A stretch of 64,000 nucleotides of DNA from Octopus bimaculoides (Eukaryota): positions 94,766,156 to 94,830,155 of the forward strand of contig NC_068983.1 of the NCBI RefSeq assembly GCF_001194135.2. The letters are read 5' to 3'. The first letter of the stretch is position 1; each line of letters starts with the position of its first letter. Below the pieces are notes generated by a model. The model had not been told where the DNA came from and made no database searches. It saw only the letters and a program-made list of their open reading frames with translations. Both the position numbers and the translations under genes were made by a program. Shown here piece by piece: positions 35,371-48,604 of this stretch.

Positions 35371-35590
35371 TTATTTAAGCCAGCAAGCTGGCAGAATCAT
35401 TAGCATGCTGGATGAAATGCTTAGCGGTATTTCACATGTCACTACGATCTGAGTTCAAATTCCACCGAGATTGACTTTCCCTTTCATCCTTTCGGGGTTG
35501 ATAAAATAAGTACCAGTTGAATACTGGGGTCGATATAATTGACTTATCCCCTCCCTCAGAAAGCTGCCCTTATGGAAAAATTTGAAGGCA

Positions 35591-35633
<43 letters not shown>

Positions 35634-36432
35634 GATATTTTTGTTGAAACACCCCGTTTTGCAAGGGGTGTGCATCAATAATTTTAAAATTTTAACTACT
35701 TTTGGCAAAGCAAATATTTTACAATTTTCTGTAATTATTTAAAGATTGCTGATAAAGAAGCCATCATAATGTTTGACAAAAAACCATGCTCCTTGTCGGA
35801 AAAAATTGAGAATAAGAATATCAAATAGCCTAAACTTAATGATGTCACTGAGGTGAATAATGTTTCATTTCTAAGCCATATCAAAACTTTCAGTGTTGAC
35901 AATGCGAACAATAACAGCAACAGTGACAACAACAATGATACTTAAGAAATGAAACATAAAAACGCAGTTATCACCTCCACTTCTTTTGCATTTGTGGCAG
36001 GAAATATGAAAAGTTTCCACATAGATAAAGAAGAATTAAAATTGGCAAGAAAAATTGTAAAGAGATGGGATAAGGGTAGCTCGAAACCTTCCATCTGACG
36101 TGATAGAAAATATCGCAAGATGCTCAGTAACGTATCGTTGCATTGAAGTCAAGTCTCAGTGGGTGGGAAATGCTACTGAAAGCAAAATACAGTTAAGCAT
36201 AAAATATAAATATTGTATCAGGATTGAATATTTTATATTTAAGAAATGTTTCAACCCTTCTAAACACCCAGTTCCCTCTTGACATTTGTCATGCTCTTAT
36301 GAGTTTATAACACCAACAATGGGGTGATACCACCCAGGTTAAGAGCCACTAATGCAGAGGATCTCTTTTTGTTCAAATTACAGAAATTGTAAAAATGTGT
36401 CCTTATTTAAGTATCTCTTAATATATTTCCAG

Positions 36433-36477
36433 CTAAAGATGTTTATGCAACCAACTTCAGGACAAGTTACAACCCTT
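36433..36477 (+). CDS. PLEKHM1: PLEKHM1 exon 4 (45 nt, phase 0-0): LKMFMQPTSGQVTTL
   Basis: tttccag acceptor and gtaagt donor. It fills the variable loop between HGL and FW in the RUN domain. Confidence 0.7.
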
Positions 36478-37123
36478 GTAAGTATACCTCAGTTTTATTG
36501 TTTTATTAGTGATTAAAATCCCAGTAAGTTGACCAAAATGGTTGGGCATCTTACTAAATACATTTTACTATTTAGTTTTTACTTCTGTATTCTAACTTCT
36601 GAATTTGTTGGAATCAGTCACCTGGGGGAAAAGTGTGTCATATATTCAAAACCCATTCCATCATTTCCCCCTCCTTACAATTACTTTGTAATTATTGTAT
36701 GAAATGCCAAAAGAAATCCAATACTTGTTATTGAAACAACTTATCTAACTCATGAACATAAACATGCATATTCAAAGTTAACAGCCTCCTTTCTATCAGT
36801 GGCTGACTAGCTCTGTTAACTTCAGGAAGATAGAAAGTTGGTGCTGTAATTTTTATGCCATTTACTAACAGGCTGGTACTGAAAGAAAAGTGAAATAGCT
36901 ACTTTGAAAAATTCAAAGCAGGAAAGCAAAAATTTCATATGTTAGAACATCAATACATAAAAACTTGTAAAATTCAGTTTTCTATTCCTCATTTTTTTAT
37001 GTATAATTAGTCAGAAGTAGAGGGCAATAACTAAGATGTTTGCTGGCTCTATCAAGCTGGTAAGTTTGGGTTGCTTTCAACAGATTGAACTTTGCTAAAG
37101 GCTTCCAAAGAGAAAAAATAGTA

Positions 37124-37349
37124 TTAACTCTCTAACATTCAGATTACTCTATCTGATAAAATTCTTATTTATTCACATTGTTTTGAATCAATCATGCATT
37201 ATCTTGTAGCTTCAACATTTCAATGATGTGATTGTTTATTTTCAAATGATATTGTAGGATAGCTGTGAGAGGTGGGACTTGGCCATTTTAAACATAAAAC
37301 AGGTAGAATATTGAGCCAGATATGTCCAATTTAAATGCTAAAGTGTTAA
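37124..37349. mobile_element. TTAA-flanked piggyBac-type MITE; second copy in reverse orientation at 43352-43567
   Basis: TTAA at both ends, degenerate (cc)tttagcatt TIRs, and a shared internal sequence between the two copies. Confidence 0.7.
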
Positions 37350-37973
37350 ACTAGATAGCATATAGGGTCCAAACTTTTCTCACTCTGTAAAAGGAAACTT
37401 TTTAATGGAAAATAAGCACTATCATTTGAATAAAACTGCAAAACATTTTTTGCTTCAACTCTGAAGTGATAAAATTAATTATCATACTAAAGTGCCTTCT
37501 TTTATGGAAAAAAAAAAGAACCGTTCTCTTACCATACACTTTTGTAACATCTGATCAATGTTGCCTGGCTACTCTGTACAGTTACATGCAGATATCATCA
37601 TAGGCCAAATACTAAATTATATTTTTTTTATTATATATAATATTGATTTTGTATATTTCCACGATATAAGTAAGTCCAGTCTAAGCCAAAAACTGACAAG
37701 TGGTTTGCTTGGATTGCATGATAATCATTTTATGCATTGGGACAAAGCCACAATGAACACATATCTGGTATTTACATACTGCTAGCTTCTTTTTGGAAAG
37801 TGAAATGAAAGAGATGATATGCAATAGCTACATGAAACTATTATCATCAATCAGATACTTAAAAACATCTCAAATAACTGTTATTATGTTATTTTGATAT
37901 TATAAATAGATGTTATTCATTTCTTACTTCTATAATATTTATTCTTTCTTCTATACTTATCCTTTTGAAACAG

Positions 37974-38069
37974 AACTTCTGGAAGTTTATCAGCCGATTT
38001 ACTCACAAAAATGTTATTGCTCAAATTCAAGATTTAAATCAGATAAAAACTGATGTTGGCTATTGTCGG
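37974..38069 (+). CDS. PLEKHM1: PLEKHM1 exon 5 (RUN): NFWKFISRFTHKNVIAQIQDLNQIKTDVGYCR
   Basis: aacag acceptor and gtaagt donor. FW......TH..II..L..L..I.TDVG.CR matches the PLEKHM1 RUN domain. Confidence 0.95.
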
Positions 38070-38594
38070 GTAAGTATGTGTAGATTTCAGTCGTATGTGA
38101 TTATGTGAACATGCAGATATGTGGATATCATCCAAACACAATGACTGAAGTACAAGGCATCAGTTTTATTTCAATTTAAAAAAAAACTCATCAGATGTGT
38201 ACTGAAGTTTGTAACAGTATGGAATATTGTATAACAAGCTGAAGTATTGTCGCATAACAAACTGAGTTGTTGGAGTATAACAGACTGGAGTGCTGCTTCC
38301 TAACAAACTGGATTGCTGTTTTATAATAAATGAAGTATTTTTGTGAAACACTTGAGTTATATAATTAACTAACTATGTCTTTAAAATTACATAAGTTTGT
38401 TAAAGAATGATATATATATATATATATATATATTACAAATTAAAAGGGTAAAGGTTTATCAATTTATTAATTTATTAATAAATCAACAATTAATAATTTT
38501 TACCAAGCCCTTCGGTATGTAAGCACCATTATCGGTGGAGAACTTATTTAAAAGTTCATATATATTTATAAACATAATTAAGGGNNNNNNNNNN

Positions 38595-38635
<41 letters not shown>

Positions 38636-38636
<1 letters not shown>

Positions 38637-41600
38637 TAACAATGCATCCTGGCATTGCCTGGGTGTTATGACCTACAGCCACATTGTATTATTTGTTCCT
38701 TTCTTATGGACAGAATTGGCACAACTGATATATAGTGAGCTGGATTACTAGCATAATGGAAGTTATTGTTAGTTTAAAAGTGAAGTGGGGAGGATACAAT
38801 TTGCATGGATTTGCATGAAAGTGCTTCCTGTTCTTAAGAAGTATCTCAAACTATGTATTGTTTCATTGTATATTTTGCCCAGAAATTACATTTTCAAAAT
38901 TTTAATTTCCCCGTCCCCACCGCAATTTCTTAATTTGTAACTTTTCTCAATTTTTTTTTCATCCATGTAGAATAGAAATTATGAATTTGGTAAATATATA
39001 TTTTTTTTAAAGTTGAATTTTTCTTAAAGAAACACTCAGTACCCCTTCCCCCATCTCACCCACCCATCACCTACCTGCTTTCAAAAGCTAAAACCTCCCA
39101 ATGTTTCATGCATGTGTAAAATTGTACTGAAATAGCAGATGTAAAACATACCAGACACCCACCAGAAAACCCAACATGCTAGAAACAACAGGTAAATGAC
39201 ATTACTTCAGAAAAAACTTCCCCGCTTTCCAAAAAGCTAAAAGTGAAACATTAGGAGTTTGTAGCTTTTTGAAAGTGGTGAGGTGATGGGTGGATGTTTG
39301 GGAAGGAGATTTTAATGTTTCTTTAAGAAAAAAGGAAAAAGAAAATTCTTAACGATTCATACTCTCTGTTTTTTTCTCTGTGGATTACCAATAAAAAATT
39401 TGGGAAAAAGTAAAAATGAAGGAATTGGGGTGTGGAAGGAGAAAATTAAAATATTGTAAACATCGAAAACATAGGAATCGGAAGAAATTTAGGCAAAAAA
39501 TAAGGCAGGGGGCACAAATGTCACCTTGGACATGCTAGAAACAACAGGTAGAGGACAGGATTTCTAGGAAAACCTCCTTTTAAGTTTATATTGAAGATCA
39601 GGTTTTTAAATATGCTCATCATAAACACAAATTACAGAATAGAAAAAAGATCATTTCAATTAGATTTGAGCTGTAATTTTGCGCATGCACACAGCAAGAA
39701 ATAACAATTCGTACAGAAGTTTTACCTAGAGTGTGCATGTGTGTGCCAAAGGAAGTTATATTATGCCATTCTTTCATTTGAAGTAGTAAAGTTTTCAACT
39801 CAATCATGTGGTTGATCATATGGGATCATATGATTGTTCGTTAATTTCCATAAAAAGAGAGGAAAGTGAAAGATGTATGGATGTACGTGCATGAGAGAGA
39901 GTGAGTGAGTGAAGGTACGTGTTGTCATATATGTATTTTTTTGCATGTATGTGTAAGTGGAACTGTCTCTCTCTCTCTCTCTCTCTCATATACACATATA
40001 TAAATTACATGGAAAAATGCGAGCAAGAGAAATGATAGTCTTAAGATTATAGACCTGGAAAAGTACAGGACAAGTTATTACACTTGAAAAAGTTCAGGGC
40101 AACTTATTACATCTGGTATAGTACAGAACAAGAAAATTTTTACTTAAAATATTGTAGCACCAAACAGCTGTCAGTGGATATACTCTCCTTTGTGGCGGTC
40201 AGTGCTGTGTCTAACATGACCCATTGTCAGAAGTTTTGACACCTCCTTCAGGTTTGTTGTCCTGCGTCACTCATAAAGTGAATTTAGAGGAGCTGTGGTT
40301 GTTCATTTGTGGATAACAGGGAAACAATGAGGTGATAGACTTGCTCTTGAACTTTGAACGTTGGCATAAATCCATGTTCAACTGTCTCCTTTAGATGCAC
40401 CAAACAATGTCATTTGAAATGCAGAGTTGTATTGTCCGATATTGTTCAGAAAATCCTTTGACTGGATGGAAGTGCCTTCCAGAAGATCCATAAGAGGTTA
40501 AGGAGGAGCTGGTAGTTTTGGCAATCTTACCCTACCACCTGAGCAACACATGCCATTAGTTTCATTTGGAAATTTTAAAGCTTTGCAGAAATGACAATTT
40601 GAGTTTAACACACCAATTTGGACAAAATTATCATTTTTATAAGAATGGGATGGATCATATCTGAAAGCAGTTCCAGGAATTGTGAAGAACGAATTTGTAC
40701 ATAGTTTGTTTCTGAGAGCTGTTCTATTGGACCTCTGTCTAATCATTAAAATGTAGTTTTAATGATTCAGCATTAAGTGCTGCAGCATGCTTTTGCTGAT
40801 CTTGGGATCAGACCCCATTTGATGCGCTGCAGTGCTCATTTTCTGGTCTTGAGAAAGTCTTATTATACTTCTGTCTTGAGACTCTATTTGACGTGCTGCA
40901 GCATGCATTTGCTGATCTTGGGGAAAGTTTCATCTCCCTTCTGTGTTGAGACTCCATCTGACATGCTGCAGCATGCCTTTGATCATAAGAAAGTCTCATG
41001 TTGCTTATGTCTTGAGACTCCATTGGATGTGCTGCAGCATGCATTTGCTGATTTTGGGAAAGTCTCATCTCCTCTCTGTATTGAGACTCCATCTGACGTG
41101 CTGCAGTATACCTTTGCTGATCTTGTGAAAGTCTCATCTCGCTTCTCTCTTGAGACTCCGTTTTACATGTTACAGCATGCCTTTGCTGATCTTGAGAAAG
41201 TCTCATCTTGCTTCTGTCTTAAGATTTCATTTGATGTGTTGCAGCATGTAGTTTGCTGATCTTGGGAAAGTCTCATAAATATAATAGAAATAAGATGGTT
41301 TTAGTGTTATCAGATTAGAATTAAAAGTAAAAGAATAAAAGTGAAACTTATATCACATTACAATATAGATCTTATTCTTTCACTTTTGACACGTAATACT
41401 GAACCAGTGCCAATGTTATATTGTTTTAATTCAAATGAAAAAACTCACTTGTTGACACTCACAGGGTCTGATACTATTACCTTGTAAAATTTGATTTGAT
41501 TGAGCCATTTGAGAATGCATAGGGAACAGACAGACAGAGAGACAAAGAATTATATATAGAGAGATAGTAAGCAGCCTTCTTTATTATAGTACAGATGTGA

Positions 41601-41933
41601 CTAATTTGGAGAAACATTACTTTCATTATTAACACATCGTCACTCTTATAATGCCACACTTTGTAATTTTGGTTCAAATTGAAAGTGTGAAACTATTTTC
41701 ACTTTCTAATGAAACCTGGTCATTGTAGAGCTTTGTCTTTCAAATAACTAAAGCTGGTTGTTGAGATAATGTAGAAAATATGTAGGTGAAAATAAAGTTT
41801 ATTTGGTAGCCGAAAGATTACTGAACCTTTTCATATCCCATACGTCAAAATTGGCAACTCAGTTTTCGAATGCATAAGGAACATATGCACACACACACAC
41901 ACACACATACAAACTCTCTTTTATATATATAGA
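38636..41933 (-). mobile_element. Deleted Helitron with a Rep/helicase N-terminal remnant
   Basis: The minus strand starts a|TCTATATATATAAAA and ends with a degenerate CCCGGGCAACGCCGGG-type hairpin plus TTAG|t. Translation AFRYDP..SY....VQIG..NS.C.FC.ALKF.NE..G.CCSGG.V.LP.L..PP...LL.G....SK.FL.NI..YNSAFQMT.FGA is typical of the Helitron N-terminus. Confidence 0.85.
40790..41280 (-). repeat. ~57-bp tandem repeat encoding a 19-aa E.RLSQDQ.RHAA.RQ.ES unit (Helitron N-terminal repeats)
   Basis: Recurring gcagcatgc.tttgctgatcttgggaaagtctcatct units; ORF 40808-41206 shows 19-residue periodicity. Confidence 0.85.
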
Positions 41934-41956
41934 TTATAAGGGAGAGAAAGACACAC

Positions 41957-42415
41957 GAGCATAGCTTTGTGGATAAGACATTTGCTTCCCAACTATATGG
42001 TTTTGGGTTCAGTACCATGTGTAGTACACTGGGCAAGTGTCTTCCATTATAGCTTTAGGCTGACCAAAGCTTTGTAAGTGAATTTGGTAGACAGAAACTA
42101 AAAGAAACTAGTTGTATACACACACACACATCTATATATTTGATATGTATATATGTATGCGTGTATGTGTGGGCAGATCTTTGAGTGTCTCTCTGCTTTG
42201 ACATCACATGTGAGTTGTAAACAAGCATTACTGTTGTGAAGGTGGTGTCCTTCACACCCAATCTTCCATTAAAACTTGGCTGGCCATGGGAAATAAATCC
42301 CACTTGAAAACAGCTGAGAGTTACTAACAAGAAGAGCATCCAGCTGTAGAAAATCTACCTCAATGAATTCTGTCCTGTCTGTCCCATGCAAGTATGGAAA
42401 AGTGTATACTAAAAC
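41957..42415 (+). mobile_element. Diverged SINE family A copy with an RTE-derived tail
   Basis: Head ...gggttcagtacc...ctgggcaagtgtcttcc...aaagctttgtaagtgaatttggtagacagaaact, ending in gagcatccagctgtagaaaa...aaaacatgat. Confidence 0.7.
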
Positions 42416-43090
42416 ATGATACACACACACACATGTGTATATAAATGAGATGACAAAGAAATAAATGATTATCTTATGAACTTCATTAGCTTATAAGATG
42501 CAGTGGACTCATTGTTGGGTGCCCGAGTGACACTTTCTAGCTTCATTCATATATGTACATTGTAAATAAACTCAGCACAGAGTGAGTTGGTATTCTACAG
42601 AAAATAAAGGAATTCTCAAACACAGGATAGCCTTGAATTAGTAAGAGGAAATATGTACAAAAATATACCTTTAAATGTATATAATTAACATTTTCAGTAG
42701 TTGTTCCTTGTTTGTATCCTTTAACATTTTAATGGCAATAAGAGCCAGTAGTGCTTATTAAAACCCATCTCTCATTGTATCTGAACAAACCCATGAGTCA
42801 CTTAACCTCTCACCTGACATCCAGTTCTTGATTTTTTTTTCTACAGTTTATAACTGTCATTCAGCTAACTGAAGCAGGTGTAGTGAAGTATTGAAATATT
42901 CTGCTCAAAGCTTGAGTGCAGTGTTTGGGACAGGAAACAGAATCATGACCCTTGTCCTGAGAGATTAACACAATACTTCTTCAACTATTCCAACACTCTA
43001 TTGAATGTTTAATTTTTTTTGAAGTTTGATAATATATATTTGTCTGCTATAATTTATCTATAACAAAATTGTCTCTATCACTCTTTGTAG

Positions 43091-43170
43091 GTTTGGATAA
43101 GACTTGCCCTGAATGATGGTATCCTTGGCAGCTACATTGATGTTATGACTGCAGATGTCCAGGCTCTAGA
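43091..43170 (+). CDS. PLEKHM1: PLEKHM1 exon 6 (RUN): VWIRLALNDGILGSYIDVMTADVQAL-D
   Basis: tgtag acceptor and gtgag donor. Contains the W.RLALNDG...Y RUN core motif. Confidence 0.95.
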
Positions 43171-45028
43171 GTGAGAAATATTTTTATTTCCAAGTCTGTT
43201 GAAAATTTCTGTATCAGAAAGTGGATACATAGCAAATGAGGGGTGTGAAATACCTTAACTGATAATTTGAGAAAAGCAGTTAGTTTTTTATTTATTTATT
43301 TATTACACTGTGTGACCCCCAAATAAAATGAAATGAAGGGCTGAAAGGATATTAAAGCATAAGCATTTAAACTGGCCATATCCAGCCAAAATATTCTACC
43401 TGTTTTATATTCAAACTGGCCATATCCAGGCTCTCACATCTATCATTTTAAAAATTAACAGTTACCTCATCAAAATCTCAAACCTTCATGATAATGCATG
43501 ATTAATTCAAAACAATGTGAATAAGTAAACATTACTTTTAACAGAATGGTGAATGCTAAAGGGTTAATTAATAGATGTCAGAAATGAGGGACAAATAAGT
43601 GAAACCAAAGACCTAGTCTTCAGTGATACAGCAGTGTTGATAATGATGATAATAATAGGCAGAATTTCTCTTATTTTATGCTTTATATCATCATCGTCGT
43701 CATCCTCACCCACTTGCATAGATTAGATGGGTTTGTCAAAGAGTATCAAGACATCATTAATCATTTTATCACTGATATTATCAAATATGCTTTTTTCTTT
43801 TGTCCAGAATTTATATCATCTATACTTATACATATATCGCATTCTCTTACTCTCTCTCTCTCTCTCTCTGTATATATATATATATATATAGTAAAGAGTT
43901 TATTTTGCAAAATAATGTGGCAGTCCTGACTAGGACTATGTTACAACATTTCTTTTTTTTTTTTTGCCACATTACTGANNNNNNNNNNNNNNNNNNNNNN
44001 NNNNNNNNNNNNNNNNNNNNNNNNNNNNNNNNNNNNNNNNNNNNNNNNNNNNNNNNNNNNNNNNNNNNNNNNNNNNNNNNNNNNNNNNNNNNNNNNNNNN
44101 NNNNNNNNNNNNNNNNNNNNNNNNNNNNNNNNNNNNNNNNNNNNNNNNNNNNNNNNNNNNNNNNNNNNNNNTATTTGCCAAAGGAAGTTATCCTTCCCAT
44201 CTTGATCTACGATACGTACGTACTCGAGTTTCAGGGTTATTTCCCTTCTTCAGCGTACGACAATCGCCGACCTTCGATGCAAAAGATATCCCTTGGCAAA
44301 TATATATAAGTTTTTCCAGTGAAATTATTCACTGATATATATATCTATTCCCCCTCCCCCTCTTTTTTTTTTTCCTGAAATAAGTTAATCAGGGAAGTAG
44401 AGCAGTGCTCAGGACTTTTTCAAGATTGACTGGGTCAATGACTGTACAGAAAAAAATGTGGGAGGAGAGGTGACTTCGAGGGGTTGATATCATATTCTGG
44501 GAAGAAAGAATTATAATAGGGAGAGGGATTTGTGTCAGGCACAGTAGAGGTGATGAAGACAGAAAAGTTGGGTGGGAGTACATGGAAGTAGTATGAAGCT
44601 AACAAGTTCAGAAGGGCAAAGACCATTGTAGTAGCAATAGAATAGACAGAGAGGAGCCAATATATCTGTGCTAGGTATTGTAATGTGTTATTGTGGAAAG
44701 AAGTGGTGCCATGAAAGTATATGTTATTGTTTCACCCAGGAAGAATTGGGGCATGGCTGGTTTCTTACGGCATTCTTTCAGGGTTTTGATTGGTATCTGA
44801 ATCCTTGCATCATCTTCATATGATCTTTTCTGCAGAGGCCTGGCAAAAGATATTGGGTTTATATTTTGTCCTTGTTTATAACTTCGCTACATTTGATGAC
44901 ATGTTTACGAAAGTTGTCTATTCTTCTTGGGAGAGAGAAAGAGTTTATTATGCTCCACCATTATATTTTCTTAAAACAATCCAGTATATTTTAATCTGTG
45001 CTTTAATCTTGTTTTCTTTTTTTTAAAG

Positions 45029-45099
45029 TTCATTTTATCACCATCTATCATATTTACGAGATTTGGAGCAACCTGGGATTTTGAAATCATATGTTCAAG
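45029..45099 (+). CDS. PLEKHM1: PLEKHM1 exon 7 (RUN): SFYHHLSYLRDLEQPGILKSYVQ-G
   Basis: aaag acceptor and G|gtaaat donor, phases consistent. Contains the FY...A.LRD.E motif. Confidence 0.9.
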
Positions 45100-45134
45100 G
45101 TAAATTTCCTGAGGAGTTTTTCCCCCCGTTTGGT

Positions 45135-45174
<40 letters not shown>

Positions 45175-45388
45175 CATGCACACACACACACACACACACA
45201 GAGTAATCCCAACTCCTAACCCCCGCAATAGGTGGAAGTCTGTGAAGTAGAAACAGTGCTGTACTGTATATTTTTTTTAATTATTTTTATAATTTGTATA
45301 TATTTATTTTATTACAAATGCAAAACAACACCACAGGAAGCTTAAATCATAAACTCCAATAGGTGAACCATGATATGGCAAGAGATTA

Positions 45389-45425
<37 letters not shown>

Positions 45426-46407
45426 GACACACATACACACACACACACACACTCTCAGAGTAATGAAAAAGTTAGTAGAAGAATATTGACTACAGGCATA
45501 AGTATTTCACTAGATTCTCCTTTTTCAAACAGTTGCAGTGATGAATTCTTACCTTCCTCTATTACAGCAATAATAGGAAACATTCTTACAATTTAATGCA
45601 TTAGTACAAATTAGATCTCATCCTCAAATGCTACAGATAATTTGTAAAAGACGTATGTGTAAGTGAACAGTTTTTGCTTTTGAAGATACTGTGATTATTA
45701 TTCCCAATTTTTGGTAATTAGTGGAAATAATTGGTGTGCCAACTGAATCATTTCCCTTCGTTGTCACTTTTAATGTCAGTTCACTGTTGTGCAAAGCATA
45801 CATTGACCCACATGTTATGCATTTTATCAGGAGATAGGCTTTCAATATAGGATTTAATTTCCATTAATATAAAACAAAATATCTTAAAATATCCCATAAG
45901 TTCAGTGAAAACAATTTTAAAGTATTTTCTGATAAAGAGAGTAACACATGAAAACAAATTCTATAATTCCATCTACATTCACTAATGGAAAGGTTTTAAT
46001 GATTTGGAGTTTTGAACCAGTTTTAGCATAATTACTTGTCTTTCTTGTTAGTTTCTCTCATTTGTCAGGCATTTATTAAATTCAGTGCATAAATAAGTCC
46101 TACAGATCAGTGACACTCACAAGAGCCATTTGACCTATGTTACAGAATTGCCTAATCACCTACATATTAACATGCAGTATTAAGAGAATAAACCAAATAC
46201 ATGGCAGACATCAATTTTAATTCTTCACAATAATTTACATATGTTATTGTTTTTTGTTTTTTTCTTATTGTAAATTTGGTTTCCAACAGTGATAGTTTTA
46301 GAATATTATATAGAGTAGTCACATATACAATAATACAGTTCCAACTTTGATCAAATAAAAAAGTTAAATGTATTTTGGGTTATTTATAGCATTTGTTTTT
46401 ACTGCAG

Positions 46408-46719
46408 GTATAACAGCTTTCCAGTTTGAACTTCCTTACAATTCAAGTGTTTTGAACAGTTGGATGAACATACCTCTATTACTTGCTGGAGTTGATGGGG
46501 TAGCTGGTTTAAATGATGGCATCAGTATTGAAGAGATTGGAAATGCCCGACCTCCACCCGTAACAGTTACTCCTGGAAGAGTGGTAGAATCTGTTGATGT
46601 TTCTGTAGCAACATCACCTAGTAAAGATCTTCCAAACGAAGAAGATCTTGTTGTTATTAAAAAGCTTCCTCCAGATCCCAAAACAGACGACAAACCATCG
46701 ACTAGTAATACTGTTGAAG
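46408..46719 (+). CDS. PLEKHM1: PLEKHM1 exon 8: end of RUN (GITAFQFELPYNSSVLNSWMNIPLLLAG) plus start of linker
   Basis: ctgcag acceptor and G|gtaaat donor. Matches PLEKHM1 GL....FEL.Y.S..LN.W...PL.L.G. Confidence 0.92.
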
Positions 46720-48196
46720 GTAAATGATGTTGTCCTTCTCTTTCTCTCTAAGATATTTCATACTTGTCACAATTTCCTTTTAGAACATACTTTTACTAAT
46801 TTCTCTGTTGCTGTGGTGTTTTGCATTTTAATCAGAGGAGGAGAGACAGTGGGCTCTATATGGTAAGCATTCAACTTGATGATTGTTGATAAATTTAAAG
46901 AAAATGTGATGAGGGAGTACCACTAGGCTACATTTCTTGGGGGCTAATTGCAAACTACTTTCAAGTTCTTGGAGGCAAATCGCTAATTTCAAGTTTTGTG
47001 GATGAAGCAGAGCTAATATTACAGAATACATATATGGAATTGACAATGCCTTGGGAAGACTTCATGGAGTGGGTACATAAAAGAAGTACCTAAAATATGA
47101 GGGTCTTTGAGAGTTATGTGAGACACATGGAAGCAGTTTACAATTCTTCCAGTGGAAGTGGGATATTGTGAATTTGTATCCACATCTAAAATATCTTACT
47201 TGGCTGACATTGGACTTAAATAACTGAGTAGTGATTCCTGCACTGTTTGTGTAATTAAAGAATGCTTCATCATGGCTGTAGCAGATGAATGTGAAAAAGA
47301 GACCAAAGCTGAGAATAAGGTACAAAATCTTAAGGGGATAGAAACAAAATAATTGTTGAGTAACAACTGTCTTTGATTTGGTAAGATGACTGCATAAAGA
47401 ACAAGATGAAAACACCTTGTTACAACAAGGACAATCCCTGTTAGCATCAATGCTGCTTGGCACTGGAGTGATCTCTAGTTGACATCTTCTAAAACCCCAG
47501 AGTGCAGGCTGTGTATAAAATGATATTTGTAAATATAAAGAAATACCAGTTTACGTGTGTGTATGTATGCAAAGAATTAGATTCCAAGGAAACTAGTGGT
47601 TGCCTACCTAAGTATAATCAGTTAATAAAAGTTTACAAAGCTCAATAGGTTCTGCAAACTCTGTGTGTGTGCACTTGCATGCATATATACATAAGAATCA
47701 AGCTTTGATTTGAAATTACTTTCATTTCTATTCTTAACATCTTTATGATAGTGCCAACTATATTTGTTGATAATTCTGTTAATTTACTTTCAGAGTTATG
47801 TTTGTTATCCTATCGAGATAAAGGAGGTAGCAAAAAGAGTTAAGCATCAGATTATGCTTACGGAGACCTTCAAAACATTTTTTTTTTGTGTGTGTGCTTA
47901 ACATTTACCCATAAAAATTGCAACAATTTTCCTCAGGTTCCTCTGCTTCACAGATCCTAGTTTGACAATTTGGTGTTCAGAATAGAAATTTAGCTGAGTA
48001 TATATCTCATCTTCCATCCGTTGAAAGAATAATCTGTTTCCTCAAATTTAGTCATTATTAGTCACTGTTTCATTATATTAAGCTTTTCTACTCAGCACAA
48101 TTTTACATTAGTGTTTTTTCATGTTTGTCAAGATACACAAAAAGTGAATAAACATTAATTTTCCTTTTCTTTTTTTTTTTCTTTCTTGATTAACAG

Positions 48197-48604
48197 TCAA
48201 GACTGTTTTAAAGAAAAACATTAAAGAGAAATCAAATTCCGTATCTGACCCTGTAAATAATCCTTCACAGACCACAGATGACCTCTCACACAAATCAGAC
48301 AAAGATGTACGTGATAATACTAAAGACAGTGATACATCAATATCATCAGACAATAATGTTCCACAGCAGACAGATTTAAACCCTTCTCATAATTCTATTC
48401 CTCAACCACAAAACAAACCCATGTCTGCTCATCAGAAAATTAATCAACGACCAAAGACCCTAGAGCTGTCTAACTCACCTTGTAATCATAGTCTGAATTT
48501 AGGCAACAGCTTAGAGGTTGCTTCAGGCTGGTCATCACATTTCCGTGAAGAAATGAATCCAGAAGTAATGACTGAACCTGCTGAAATAGTTGAAGTTCAA
48601 GATG
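48197..48604 (+). CDS. PLEKHM1: PLEKHM1 exon 9: Ser/Asp/Asn/Pro-rich linker ending ...GNSLEVASGWSSHFREEMNPEVMTEPAEIVEVQD-G
   Basis: 408 nt fully open between the taacag acceptor and G|gtaagt donor; phase 1-1, compatible with exon 8. Confidence 0.8.

Noticed and set aside
46368-46727. ORF-track protein starting MYFGLFIAFVFTAG, which looks like a signal peptide
   Set aside because: The hydrophobic N-terminus is the translated polypyrimidine tract. The true exon starts at 46408 and continues the RUN domain.
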